From positions 56,307-120,306 of the forward strand of contig CBFGIY010000001.1 in the NCBI GenBank assembly GCA_965648935.1: DNA of 64,000 nucleotides, given 5' to 3'. A model generated the notes under the pieces. The model saw only the letters and a list, made by a program, of their open reading frames with translations, was not told where the DNA came from and did not search any database. The stretch comes from a candidate division WOR-3 bacterium (GTDB lineage: Bacteria > Hydrothermota > Tepidihabitantia > Tepidihabitantales > Tepidihabitantaceae). Both the position numbers and the translations under genes were made by a program. Position 1 is the stretch's first letter. Each line of letters starts with the position of its first letter. This document shows, piece after piece, positions 9,338 to 19,359 of the stretch.

Positions 9338-9661
9338 TCAGAGTGACATCGGGCGAGGCAGCAATGCCGCGACATACTGCTCCTCGGCCTCTGCCAGCAC
9401 CTCGTCCCGGAAGTACGGACTGAGGAACTGCGGCGTGTTCAGGTCCACCTTCCGCCCGAGAATCGCCGACAACTCCTGTTCCATGTCGAAGTACGCCAAC
9501 CCCGGCACGTGCCCGGGCTCGAACTCCACGAGCACGTCCACGTCGCTGTCCGGTTGGAAGTCCTCACGCAGTGCCGACCCGAAGAAGGACAGCCGGCGGA
9601 TGTGGTGTCGCCGGCAGAACTCCGCAACGCGCTCGCGGTCGACATTGAGGCTGATACTCAC
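9338..9661 (-). CDS. Minimal nucleotidyltransferase (MntA-type antitoxin), orphan
   Basis: FGSALREDFQPDSDVDVLVEF motif; LSAILGRKVDL. Confidence 0.9.
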   Translation of the reverse strand: MSISLNVDRERVAEFCRRHHIRRLSFFGSALREDFQPDSDVDVLVEFEPGHVPGLAYFDMEQELSAILGRKVDLNTPQFLSPYFRDEVLAEAEEQYVAALLPRPMSL

Positions 9662-9691
9662 GCCAGAGGATATGCCGACGGCGAGGCCGCG

Positions 9692-11029
9692 TCAAGACGC
9701 GTCGGCCGCGATGCCGAGGCGTTTGAGGATGCGGTGCAGGCTCGGGCGCTCGATGCCGAGCAGGCGCGCGGCGGCGGTGATGTTGCCGTGGGCCTCGGCC
9801 AGCGCCTTTTGGACCGCGTGGCGCTCGGCCTCGTCGACGACGGCCTTGAGCGTGCCGTCAGCCACCGGTGCCTCACTACCGTCGAGGAAGGTCTTGAGTT
9901 CAGCGACGTCGACCGTCTGCGCCTCGGCAAGCACGACGACGCGCTCCAGCAGGTTGCGCAGCTCCCTGACATTGCCCGGCCACTCGTGCGCCGCCAGCAG
10001 CGCCACGCCGTCTTGCGATATGCTGACACGCCGGTTGTGACGGAGGCTGTACCGGTCGAGAAAGAACTCAACCAGCGCAGGGATGTCATCGCGCCGCTCG
10101 CGCAGCGGCGGCACGCGGATGGCCACGACGTTCAATCGGTGATACAGGTCTTCGCGGAAGCTCCCGGCCTTGACCGCGAAAGGCAGGTCCTTGTTGGTCG
10201 CGGCGACCACCCGCGCGTCCACGCTCAGGGCCTGGTTGCCGCCGACCCGCTGGACCTCGGCGTTCTCCAGGAACCGTAGCAGCTTGGCCTGCGCGGCCAA
10301 ACTCATATCGCCAATCTCGTCGAGGAACAGCGTCCCGGTGTCGGCCTCCTGCAGGCGTCCCTTGCGCTGGGCCGACGCGCCGGTGAACGAGCCCTTCTCG
10401 TGGCCGAACAGCTCGCTTTCGATGATGTCCCGGCTGATTGCGGCGCAGTTGAGCGCGACAAACGGCCCGTCTGACCGCAGGCTCTGCAGGTGCAGGGCGC
10501 GCGCCACCAACTCCTTGCCGACCCCGCTCTCGCCGGTCACGAGCACGCTGGCCGTAGTCGGCGCGGCCCGCGCGATGAGCTCACGCACGCGCCGCATCGC
10601 CGCGCTCTCCCCAATCATCCGGAACCGGTCTTCCACCTCGGCCTTGAAGTGCGCCACCTGCCGCGCAAGCCTGCCCCGCTCGATGGCGTTGCTGACCGTC
10701 ACGCGTATCCGGTTGGCGTCGGGCGGCTTCTCGAGGAAGTCGTATGCGCCGAGCCTCAGCGCCTCCACTGCTGCCTTGATGCTGCCCTGCCCGGACAACA
10801 TCACCACCGGCAGGTTCGGCGCAATCTCCCGGACCCGCCGCAGGACCTCCAGCCCGTTGATGTCCGGCAGCATCAGGTCCAGCATCAGCGCATCGGGCAC
10901 CCGCTCGGTCACCGCCTTCACGCCCGAGCCGCCGTCGGTGAACGCCTGTGCCTCCCAGCCGGCCTGCGTCAGTATCCGCCTGAGCGCATCGGCCAGCCGC
11001 GGGTCATCGTCCACGACATAGACAAGCAT
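9692..11029 (-). CDS. Sigma-54-dependent response regulator (NtrC/NtrX family)
   Basis: Receiver domain; GESGVGKE; ESELFGHEKGSFTGA; LFLDEIG; WPGNVRELRN; Fis-type HTH. Start could be 11047. Confidence 0.95.
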   Translation of the reverse strand: MLVYVVDDDPRLADALRRILTQAGWEAQAFTDGGSGVKAVTERVPDALMLDLMLPDINGLEVLRRVREIAPNLPVVMLSGQGSIKAAVEALRLGAYDFLEKPPDANRIRVTVSNAIERGRLARQVAHFKAEVEDRFRMIGESAAMRRVRELIARAAPTTASVLVTGESGVGKELVARALHLQSLRSDGPFVALNCAAISRDIIESELFGHEKGSFTGASAQRKGRLQEADTGTLFLDEIGDMSLAAQAKLLRFLENAEVQRVGGNQALSVDARVVAATNKDLPFAVKAGSFREDLYHRLNVVAIRVPPLRERRDDIPALVEFFLDRYSLRHNRRVSISQDGVALLAAHEWPGNVRELRNLLERVVVLAEAQTVDVAELKTFLDGSEAPVADGTLKAVVDEAERHAVQKALAEAHGNITAAARLLGIERPSLHRILKRLGIAADAS

Positions 11030-11052
11030 TGGTCTCACTTCAGGCATAGCAG

Positions 11053-11068
11053 TGCAACCTCTATGCCA
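11053..11068 (-). promoter_or_regulatory. Internal sigma-54 promoter for the response regulator
   Basis: TGGCAT-AGAGG-TTGCA overlapping the kinase stop codon. Confidence 0.65.
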
Positions 11069-13487
11069 CGACCTTCGATACGGGCAGGACGAACCGGAAC
11101 GTCGCGCCCTTGCCCGGTTCGCTTTCGACTTCCACTCTGCCGCCGTGGTCCTCGGCCACCTTGCGCACGATGGTCAGACCCAACCCGGTGCCGCCGGCCT
11201 TGCGCGTGAAGAACGGCTGGAACAGCTTGGCCAGGTAATCGGGTGGAATCCCTGGGCCGGAATCCGTTACAGCTACCACGACTTCAGCCGCGGACTCAGC
11301 CCGCCGCGTCGCCACCGCCAGCCGACCCTTGCCCCCCATCGCGCCGACCGCGTTGTTGACCAAGTTGCCCAAGGCCCGGACCACCTGCTCTTCGTCCAGT
11401 TGAACTGCCGGCAGGCCTTCGGCCAAGTCCAACTTGAGTTCGATATCTCGCAGGCTGGCGACGCCCAACTCATCAAGTGCACGCCGCACGACGGCGTTGA
11501 TGTCCTTCGCCTCAAGTCGCGGCGGCTCGAAGTCAGCCAGCCTCATAAAGCCATCCGTCATCTTCGCCAGCCGGTCAACTTCCTCCTCAATCACCTTCGC
11601 CCCATCCGGGTCCACGCCTTCCATCGCCTGCGCGGTCAGCCGTATCGTACTCAAGGGCGTCTTGATGCCATGCGCCAGCCGCTGGGCAACCGGACCCCAA
11701 GCCCCAACCTTGCGAGCGTACTCGACCGCGGCAAGGTCCTCAAGACTCAACAGGTACCCGCCCAGCCGCAGGCGCGACAGCGCGGCCCGAAACGTCCGCT
11801 GTACCCCATCGACCTCCAGCACGACATCTGCGACCGCTCGCGGCAACCTGCCTTCCTTGACCTTAGGAAACTCCGCGCGCAGGGACGCGAATGACGGCTG
11901 CGTCAGCAGACCCTCAAGAACCCCGGTCCTCACACCCTTGGGCAGCACAAGCAACTCCGTTGCCCGTTTGTTGATGGATGTAACCCGCCCGCGACTACTG
12001 AACATCACGATGCCGGCCCGCTCGACCATCCCGCGTGTCACGTAACGCACGAACTCGCGATAAGAGGCGCGGGAGTACAGCAGAGCGGTCGCGGCCAGCA
12101 GAAGCAGTGCAGTGGCTGTGGAAGCAGCCCACGGCCACGGGAACGGCAGCGGTATCGCAACCAACTGGTAGAATTGCCAGCGTGGAATCGGTGCAACTCC
12201 TGCGCGACCCGACGTAAGTTCAGTAACTCCGTCGTGTACCATGAACCCTCCGGGTCTGCCAGCGCTGCGCCGAACAGGAACCACGCGCCAGTCACTCTGG
12301 ATCGCCCCACCTTCTGCGGCCGACGTTCTACGTCGAGTGGCCGGATCCCACACCAGCAGATGGCCATCCCGCGTGGACACGAGAATCTGCTCGGCAGCCC
12401 CGGGGATGATGTATCCGAGCCACCACAGGTGTTCAAGCTGAACGCCGGCCGGGGTCGAGGAAACCGTTCGCAGGTTCAGGTCTCGTACCACGACCCTGTC
12501 TCTTTCGATGGTCACAATATCCGAGACGCCGTCACCTGTTGCGTCCAGCGTGACGAAACTGCTCGTGGAGTTGCGGACAGGAACACCCCGCAAGACCGTC
12601 CCTTTCTCCGGGTCGATTACCATCAGACGGTCGACGCTGTCTGATGCCCAATTGCTGCACGTATTCGCCACGAGCACCTGGCCGCCGTCGTCTGGCGACT
12701 CGGCCAAGGCAATCGAGACATTTGCTGCCGAGCTATCGTCCTCGGCAGGGATGCTCCATCGCAGACCACCTCGATCGTCGAAACTGAAGACGTACCCGAT
12801 ATGGTCTGCGAACCCATTCTCGACACAGCCGTTACACGGCGCACTGCCGCCAACGTATGTTTCCGGTCGCCCGTCCCCATCGACATCTCCGACAGCAAGT
12901 GCCCAAACCTGCGTGCCCATCCCGAACCGCCATAGCCTCTCACCGGTCACCAGATCAACTGCTGTTACGCTGCGCGGCTGCCACTGCCAGGCGAATCCCG
13001 AGACGACGCCCGCGACCATCTCCTTGACCCCGTCACTGTCCAGGTCTGCGAACGCGGCGTGCGGGATTCCACCGTCATACTGCCGTTCGCCCTTCTTGGG
13101 AGGCGCATCCACCACGAACCGGCGCAATCGCCTACCGTGGACATTCTCGACGAACACAAACAGCGACCCGGGGACGGCGGCAGTGACCACGATGTCCGGG
13201 ACCGAGTCATCACCCAGGTCAACAGCCCAGGCGGTAGAGGTGGACGAACCCCGCGGCAGGTAGCTGTCGTGTGACAACAGGAACCTCCCCTCCACATCAC
13301 GGGCGCTGGCAATGTAGTTACAGACTCCATACCGCTCGTCCGACGAGTCTCCGTCGATGTCGACGGCTGCTACCGCATAGCTGATGATGTTCGCGTCCGC
13401 AATCCGGACTACGTACCGCGGCTTGCGCTCGCACCGGACTGCGGCGACGATGAGCAGGACTGAAACAGGGAGTATCTTCCACCCCAT
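11061..13487 (-). CDS. Sensor histidine kinase with extracellular FG-GAP-like repeats
   Basis: DxDGDG repeats; TM helix; LAHGIKTPL H-box; NLVNNA, DSGPGI, FQPFFT and GTGLGL boxes. Confidence 0.92.
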   Translation of the reverse strand: MGWKILPVSVLLIVAAVRCERKPRYVVRIADANIISYAVAAVDIDGDSSDERYGVCNYIASARDVEGRFLLSHDSYLPRGSSTSTAWAVDLGDDSVPDIVVTAAVPGSLFVFVENVHGRRLRRFVVDAPPKKGERQYDGGIPHAAFADLDSDGVKEMVAGVVSGFAWQWQPRSVTAVDLVTGERLWRFGMGTQVWALAVGDVDGDGRPETYVGGSAPCNGCVENGFADHIGYVFSFDDRGGLRWSIPAEDDSSAANVSIALAESPDDGGQVLVANTCSNWASDSVDRLMVIDPEKGTVLRGVPVRNSTSSFVTLDATGDGVSDIVTIERDRVVVRDLNLRTVSSTPAGVQLEHLWWLGYIIPGAAEQILVSTRDGHLLVWDPATRRRTSAAEGGAIQSDWRVVPVRRSAGRPGGFMVHDGVTELTSGRAGVAPIPRWQFYQLVAIPLPFPWPWAASTATALLLLAATALLYSRASYREFVRYVTRGMVERAGIVMFSSRGRVTSINKRATELLVLPKGVRTGVLEGLLTQPSFASLRAEFPKVKEGRLPRAVADVVLEVDGVQRTFRAALSRLRLGGYLLSLEDLAAVEYARKVGAWGPVAQRLAHGIKTPLSTIRLTAQAMEGVDPDGAKVIEEEVDRLAKMTDGFMRLADFEPPRLEAKDINAVVRRALDELGVASLRDIELKLDLAEGLPAVQLDEEQVVRALGNLVNNAVGAMGGKGRLAVATRRAESAAEVVVAVTDSGPGIPPDYLAKLFQPFFTRKAGGTGLGLTIVRKVAEDHGGRVEVESEPGKGATFRFVLPVSKVVA

Positions 13488-13556
13488 GCCCGAATCATAG
13501 GCCCGGCCGGATTGGCGTCAAGCAGTAACCAGCCGACGGCTTGCGGCTGACGGCGG

Positions 13557-13605
13557 CTTTGACATCTGGCTCCCGGCCTTTGACTGCTGACTTGCCCCTT
13601 GCCCC
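13557..13605 (-). repeat. Degenerate heptamer tandem repeat
   Basis: Minus strand: GGGGCAA GGGGCAA GTCAGCA GTCAAAG GCCGGGA GCCAGAT GTCAAAG. Confidence 0.55.
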
Positions 13606-13626
13606 TGCTCGGCTATAGTCTGCCCG

Positions 13627-16137
13627 ATGCGAAGAACACTGGCTACCGTCCTCTTGCTCTCGGCCGCGGCTGCGGCCCTGCCGCCCATCTCCGACACCAT
13701 CGACATCCGCGAGTGGATTGTCGGCGGGCCGTTTCCGGCCGCGCCGCGCGAAGGAATAGTCCCGGTCATCGACGACGCGGCGACGTTCCGGCCCGCGGTC
13801 GGCGACACGTACTACTCCGGCCTCGTGCAGGGCGGCGTCACGCTTGCCCGCAAGGTCACGGTCGACTCGCTTGGCTGGCTTGCGACCGACTGGCAGGGCG
13901 TGCGCTGGGACACGCTACAGGACTACTACGGCAACGTCGGGCTCTACTGCTCCGGCTTTGCCTATGCCGAGTTCGCCTCGCCGCGCGCCGGCCGCGCCGT
14001 CGCGGTCGCGACCGAACTGGGCGGGTTCACGCTCAATGGCCGCGGCTACACCGGCGACGCATACGGCGCGGGCTGGTTTGCCTGCCCGGTCGAGCTGGAC
14101 TCGGGTCTCAACCGCGTGCTGTTGCGGCTGGCCAGCTTCGGCGACGACCGCGTGCGGTTTCGGCTCGTGCCGGTGCCGGCCGACGTGCGCACGGTCAGTG
14201 CCGATGCGACCCGCCCCGACCTCGTGGCCGACTCCGCGCTGGACGCCTGGCTCGGTCTGCCGGTCCAGAACCTGTCGTCATCATCGCTGAAAAGAGTCTC
14301 CGTACGCGTACTTTTCGCCGACAGCGCGGTCGGCCACACGACGGTTGACCTGCCCGCATATGGCGCGCGCAAGCTGCCCGTCCGAATCCGGCTGCCGCGC
14401 CAGCCCTGGGACAGCGCGCACAAGTCCCTGCCGCTCGTGGTCGAGACGCGCCTCGGCGACTCGGTCGCGTCCAGCGAAACACTGCAGCTCGACATCCGCC
14501 GGCCCGACGAGGTCCGCCGTGTCACGTTCCTTTCCGCCATCGACTCCTCGGTGCAGTACTACGCGGTGCTCTACCCGAGGGATTTCGACCCGGCGCGGCG
14601 CTACCCGGTGATTTACACCCTGCACGGCGCCGGGGTCGAGGCCGACGGCCAGGCCCGGGCGTACAAGCAGAAAGACTGGGCGTTCGTGGTCGCGCCGACC
14701 AACCGCCGCAAGTACGGCTTCGACTGGCAGGACTGGGGACGCCTCGACGCCATCGAGGTGCTCGACACGATTCTCGCCCGCCTGCCCATCGACCCGGACC
14801 GCGTCCTGCTCGTGGGCGGCTCAATGGGCGGCCACGGCACCTGGCACGTCGGCCTGACTCACCCTGACCGGTTCGCGGTCGCCTCGCCCCAGGCCGGCTG
14901 GCCCACGCACCAGCTCTACGTGCCGTGGTTCCTCCAGCGCAGTGCCATCTTTGCCCAGCCAAGCGCGCTGGCGATCCGCGACCGGGTCCTGCGCTCGGAC
15001 AACACCGCGGCGCTGCTTGAGAACGCGCTCAACCTGCCGTACTTCATCCTGCACGGCGGCGACGACGACAACGTGCCGCCCCTGCACGCGCGCAACTTCA
15101 AGATGTGGGCCGACGAACTCGGACTCGACGTCACTCTGCGCGAGGTGCCGGGCCGCGGCCACTGGTATGTCTACGAGGACCTCGACCTCACCTGCGTCGA
15201 CGACACCGCGCTGATGAACTTCATCCGCGACCGGCGCCGCGACCCCGGCCCGCGCCGCGTCCGGTTCCGCACCGCCGACCTCGGCACCGCGCATGCATCC
15301 TACTGGGTCGCTATCGACCGCGTGGGCGTGGTCGGGCAGGACGCCGTGATTGACGCTTGGGCTGGTGACTCGCTGGTGCGGGTGACGACGCAGAATGTTG
15401 ACCAGTTCGCGCTGAAGCTCGACGGCGCGCCGTTCTTTGCCGGACCGGTCCGTGTCGAGATTGACGGTGCGCGCGTCGGCGGCAGACTGGCACCGCCAGG
15501 CCGGTTCACGTTTCACCGCAAGGACGGCAGGTGGCGCTTCGGCCCGAACTGGCTCCGGGGCCTTGCCAAGACCCCGGCGCAGTACGGCCCGGCGCGTCAG
15601 GTACTGATGCGGCCGTTCGCGCTGGTCTTTGGCACGCGCGACACCGCGCTGGCCCGCGACCTTGCCCATGCCGCTACTCAGGAAGCCCTGCGCTGGTGGC
15701 TGATAGGCAACGGCGATGCGCCGGTACTGGCCGACACCGCGGTCACCGACAGCCTGCTCTCCCGGCGCAACGTCGTGCTCTTCGGCGGGCCCGCTCAGAA
15801 CTCGGTCACCGCCCGCATCGCCGCGCAGTTGCCCTGCCGGCTGGAATCAGGCCGGCTTGATTTCGCCGGCCGCGACCTCGGCGACAGCGCGGCCGCGGTG
15901 TTTGTCCGACCCAGCCCGTTCAATCCCGAACGGCTGGTGCTCGTGCGGATGGGTACTGACGCGGCCGCGACCCGGCTGGCCGCGGCCTGGGGATTTGCCT
16001 ACTCCGGCGCGGGCGCGCCTGACTTCGTCGTGTTTGACCGGCGCTGGCGCCGGCGCGGCTGGGCCGGGGTCCGCGCCGCCGGGTTCTTTGACTCCTACTG
16101 GCGCGTTGACCCGCGCTCGTCGTTCTTCGAACGCTAG
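13627..16137 (+). CDS. Secreted alpha/beta-hydrolase (prolyl oligopeptidase/esterase-like)
   Basis: Signal peptide; LHGAG; GGSMGG nucleophile; HGGDDDNVP; GHW. Confidence 0.85.
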   Translation: MRRTLATVLLLSAAAAALPPISDTIDIREWIVGGPFPAAPREGIVPVIDDAATFRPAVGDTYYSGLVQGGVTLARKVTVDSLGWLATDWQGVRWDTLQDYYGNVGLYCSGFAYAEFASPRAGRAVAVATELGGFTLNGRGYTGDAYGAGWFACPVELDSGLNRVLLRLASFGDDRVRFRLVPVPADVRTVSADATRPDLVADSALDAWLGLPVQNLSSSSLKRVSVRVLFADSAVGHTTVDLPAYGARKLPVRIRLPRQPWDSAHKSLPLVVETRLGDSVASSETLQLDIRRPDEVRRVTFLSAIDSSVQYYAVLYPRDFDPARRYPVIYTLHGAGVEADGQARAYKQKDWAFVVAPTNRRKYGFDWQDWGRLDAIEVLDTILARLPIDPDRVLLVGGSMGGHGTWHVGLTHPDRFAVASPQAGWPTHQLYVPWFLQRSAIFAQPSALAIRDRVLRSDNTAALLENALNLPYFILHGGDDDNVPPLHARNFKMWADELGLDVTLREVPGRGHWYVYEDLDLTCVDDTALMNFIRDRRRDPGPRRVRFRTADLGTAHASYWVAIDRVGVVGQDAVIDAWAGDSLVRVTTQNVDQFALKLDGAPFFAGPVRVEIDGARVGGRLAPPGRFTFHRKDGRWRFGPNWLRGLAKTPAQYGPARQVLMRPFALVFGTRDTALARDLAHAATQEALRWWLIGNGDAPVLADTAVTDSLLSRRNVVLFGGPAQNSVTARIAAQLPCRLESGRLDFAGRDLGDSAAAVFVRPSPFNPERLVLVRMGTDAAATRLAAAWGFAYSGAGAPDFVVFDRRWRRRGWAGVRAAGFFDSYWRVDPRSSFFER

Positions 16138-16143
16138 CCGCCC

Positions 16144-17001
16144 GTGCGCTCTGTCACGCTCCGCTCACCAGCCAAGATCAACCTCGGCCTTGCCGTCGGG
16201 CCGCGCCGGCCCGATGGCTATCACGACATCACGACAATCTTCGTTCCGCTGGACTTCGGCGACACGGTGCGCATCGAGCGCCGCGCCGCCGGCATCACCC
16301 TGCGCTGCAGCGACCCGACGCTGCCGACCAATGAAGGCAATTTGGCTTGGCGCGCGGCCAGGGCTTTTTTCCCGGCTTCGCGCCTCATTACCGGCTGTGC
16401 CATCAGTATCACCAAGCGCATCCCGGTCGGGTCCGGCCTGGGCGGCGGCTCGTCCAATGCCGCGGCCACGCTCCTGGGCCTCAATAGGCTGCACGGCAAC
16501 CCGCTAGCGCCGCGCGCCCTCCGCCGCATTGCCGCGCGACTGGGCAGCGACGTCGCCTGTTTCCTCTACCCCGGCCCGACCGTGGGCCGGGGACGCGGCG
16601 AGCGACTGCGCCCCATCGGCCTGCCCCGCCTGCACCTGCTGCTGCACTTCCCCGGCCATCCCGTGCCCACGGCCTGGGCCTATGCCGCGCTTGACCGCTC
16701 GCGCCGGCGCGGTTTGACTCGCAGCGTTTTTTCGCCTAAGATGCTCTCGTTGCGTCTAAGGCGCAACGAGCTGGACAAGGCGGCCGCGCTCATCCAGAAC
16801 GACTTCGAACCTGTCGTTTTCCGCGCCCACCCGGGGCTTGCCCGTGCCAGGGCGAAGTTCCTCGAATCGGGCGCCTGGGCCGCGGCGCTGTCCGGCTCCG
16901 GCAGTACGGTCTATGGCCTGGTGACTGCACAGGGCTGGCACGACCCGATGGCCGCGATGTCGCGCTCTGGTTTCCCCTGCATTCACGCCTGTTCGCTGTA
17001 G
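16144..17001 (+). CDS. ispE: 4-diphosphocytidyl-2-C-methyl-D-erythritol kinase
   Basis: PAKINLGL, GYHDI, KRIPVGSGLGGGSSNAA, LGSDV and LSGSG motifs. Confidence 0.96.
   Translation: MRSVTLRSPAKINLGLAVGPRRPDGYHDITTIFVPLDFGDTVRIERRAAGITLRCSDPTLPTNEGNLAWRAARAFFPASRLITGCAISITKRIPVGSGLGGGSSNAAATLLGLNRLHGNPLAPRALRRIAARLGSDVACFLYPGPTVGRGRGERLRPIGLPRLHLLLHFPGHPVPTAWAYAALDRSRRRGLTRSVFSPKMLSLRLRRNELDKAAALIQNDFEPVVFRAHPGLARARAKFLESGAWAAALSGSGSTVYGLVTAQGWHDPMAAMSRSGFPCIHACSL
16714..16742 (+). promoter_or_regulatory. Sigma70 promoter inside ispE, probably driving tRNA-Gln/prs
   Basis: TTGACT-N17-TAAGAT in an AT-rich patch of the coding region. Confidence 0.6.
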
Positions 17002-17023
17002 GCCCTGCCCGAGAGGCTTCTCT

Positions 17024-17095
17024 TGGGGCGTCGTTCAACTGGCAGGACCCAGGACTTTGGATCCTGTTATGAAGGTTCAACTCCTTCCGCCCCAG
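17024..17095 (+). tRNA. tRNA-Gln(TTG)
   Basis: TGGGGCG/CGCCCCA acceptor stem; CAGGA-CTTTGGA-TCCTG anticodon arm; GTTCAA T-loop; typical ispE-tRNA-prs context. Confidence 0.96.
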
Positions 17096-17123
17096 GCTAT
17101 GATGACCGGCAAAGCGAGGTGAA

Positions 17124-18059
17124 ATGACTGGCCAGTTGAAGGTGCTCTCCGGCCGCGCCAATCTGCCGCTCGCCCGGAAGATCGCCGCCCACCTTGACCT
17201 GCAGCTGGGCGCGACCGAGCTGCGCAACTTCGCGGACGGCGAGATACGGGTCAACATTAACGAGAGCGTCCGCGGCGACGATGTCTTTGTCATCCAGCCG
17301 ACCCAGCCGCCGGCCGAGAACCTCTTCGAACTGCTGCTGATGCTTGACGCGCTCAAGCGCGCCTCGGCCGAACGCATAACCGCGGTGATACCTTACTACG
17401 GCTACGCGCGCCAGGACCGCAAGGACCGGCCGCGCGTGCCGGTCTCGGCCAAGCTCGTGGCTAACCTCATCGAGCACGCCGGCGCCGACCGGGTCCTGAC
17501 AATGGAGCTGCACGCCGAACAGATCCAGGCCTTCTTCGACATCCCGGTTGACCATATGTACGCAACGCCCGTGCTTGTCGACCACTTCCGCAAGGACGCG
17601 ACTGACGGGCTCATCGTCGTCGCGCCCGACACCGGCAGGGCAAACCGCGCGCGCGGCTTCGCCCAGCGCCTCGGCGACAACATCCCCATCGCCATCATCG
17701 ACAAGCGCCGGCCCGAACCGAACAGGGCCGAGGTCCACAACATCGTCGGCGACGTGGCCGGTTGCCGCGCGCTGATATTCGACGACATGATCGACACCGG
17801 CGGCACGCTCGTCGGCGCGGCCCGGGCACTGCTCGCGGCCGGCGCGAAGAGCGTCACCGCGGTCGCCACCCACGGCGTGCTCTCCGGCCCGGCGCGCGAG
17901 CGCCTATGCGGCCCCGAGTTCGAGTCGGTCGTCGTCACCGACACCATCAACCAGCCCGAAACCGAAAGCAAGATCAAGGTGCTCTCCGTCTCCGCGCTCC
18001 TGGCCGAGGCCATCTTCCGCATCCATCGCGGCGAATCGGTGAGCTCACTGTTCATCTAG
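17124..18059 (+). CDS. prs: Ribose-phosphate pyrophosphokinase
   Basis: FADGE, YYGYARQDRK, DDMIDTGGT motifs. Confidence 0.98.
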   Translation: MTGQLKVLSGRANLPLARKIAAHLDLQLGATELRNFADGEIRVNINESVRGDDVFVIQPTQPPAENLFELLLMLDALKRASAERITAVIPYYGYARQDRKDRPRVPVSAKLVANLIEHAGADRVLTMELHAEQIQAFFDIPVDHMYATPVLVDHFRKDATDGLIVVAPDTGRANRARGFAQRLGDNIPIAIIDKRRPEPNRAEVHNIVGDVAGCRALIFDDMIDTGGTLVGAARALLAAGAKSVTAVATHGVLSGPARERLCGPEFESVVVTDTINQPETESKIKVLSVSALLAEAIFRIHRGESVSSLFI

Positions 18060-18068
18060 AGGAGACCC

Positions 18069-18776
18069 ATGGCATACACCATCAAAGCGACCAGCCGCAC
18101 CCAGACCGGCAAGGGCCCGGTCCGCCGAATGCGCTACAGCGGCACTGTCCCGGCCGTGCTCTACGGCCACGGCGACCCGTCGGTCATGCTCGGACTGGGC
18201 GCGCACGACTTCGAGATGCTGCTCATCCAGCTCCGCGGCCACAGCCCGATCGTCGACCTTGAAATCGACGGCGCCCCGGCCCTGCGCTGCGTCATCAAAA
18301 CGCTCCAGCGCAACCCGGTGTCGGGCAAGCTGCTCCACGTCGATTTCCAGAAAGTCCACGCCGGCGAGAAGATAACGCTCGATGTGCCGGTCGTGCTCCA
18401 CGGCACGCCCGAAGGCATCAAGATGGGCGGCATCCTCGAATACATCCGCCGCGAGGTACCGGTCCGCGCCACCATCGACAAGATACCCGAGCACTTTGAC
18501 GTCGATGTCACCCACCTCGGCGTCGGCCAGAGCGTCCACATCGCCGACCTCAACCGGCCCGATCTCGAGTTCGGCCTGCCGCCCGACTCGGCCATCGTGA
18601 CCGTGCTGGTGCCGCGCAAGATCGAGGTAGCGGCCGCGACGCCTGAAGCCGCGGCGGCCGCCGGCGAAGCCCCGGCCGAACCCGAGGTCATCAAAGAGAA
18701 GAAGCCGACCGAGGAGGAGGCCGCGGCCGAGGACAAGGGCAAGGGCAAGGCCGCCAAGGAAGAAAAGAAGAAGTAA
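18069..18776 (+). CDS. rplY: 50S ribosomal protein L25 (Ctc form)
   Basis: PAVLYG, LLHVDF motifs; prs-rplY-pth synteny. Confidence 0.96.
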   Translation: MAYTIKATSRTQTGKGPVRRMRYSGTVPAVLYGHGDPSVMLGLGAHDFEMLLIQLRGHSPIVDLEIDGAPALRCVIKTLQRNPVSGKLLHVDFQKVHAGEKITLDVPVVLHGTPEGIKMGGILEYIRREVPVRATIDKIPEHFDVDVTHLGVGQSVHIADLNRPDLEFGLPPDSAIVTVLVPRKIEVAAATPEAAAAAGEAPAEPEVIKEKKPTEEEAAAEDKGKGKAAKEEKKK

Positions 18777-18780
18777 CGCG

Positions 18781-19359
18781 GTGACGGTCTTCGGCCTCGG
18801 CAACCCGGGCGAGGAGTACGCCCAGACCCGGCACAATGTCGGGTTCATGGTGCTGGACACTCTCGCCCGGCGTCTGCACGGCCGATTCCGCAGCGCCGGC
18901 GGCCGGATGGTCTGCCGCCGCGAGTTCGCGGGCCGGCCGCTCGTGCTCGTCAAGCCGATGCTCTGGATGAACGAGTCCGGCGTGGCGGTGCGCGAGCACC
19001 TCGAGCGCGAGCCCGACAGCTTCCTCGTGGTCTACGACGACATCGCCCTGCCCTTCGGCCGTCTGCGCATCCGGCCGCGCGGTTCGGACGGCGGCCACAA
19101 GGGCATCGGCTCGATCATCTACCGGCTCGGCACCGACAGCTTCCCGCGCCTGCGCGTCGGGGTCGATGCCCCGCCGCCGGGCGAGGACGCGGTCGGCTGG
19201 GTGCTCGGCCGGTTCTCCGCCGACGAGCAGGCCGCCCTGCCAGAACTCCTCGACCGGGCGGCCGACGCCTGCATCACGGTCGTCACACAGGGCATCGCCG
19301 CGGCGATGAACCGCTACAACCCGGCGCCGGCCGCGCCCGGCGCAGCGGAGGCCGAATGA
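18781..19359 (+). CDS. pth: Peptidyl-tRNA hydrolase
   Basis: GLGNPG, TRHNVGF, MNESG, GGHKG motifs. Confidence 0.97.
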   Translation: MTVFGLGNPGEEYAQTRHNVGFMVLDTLARRLHGRFRSAGGRMVCRREFAGRPLVLVKPMLWMNESGVAVREHLEREPDSFLVVYDDIALPFGRLRIRPRGSDGGHKGIGSIIYRLGTDSFPRLRVGVDAPPPGEDAVGWVLGRFSADEQAALPELLDRAADACITVVTQGIAAAMNRYNPAPAAPGAAEAE

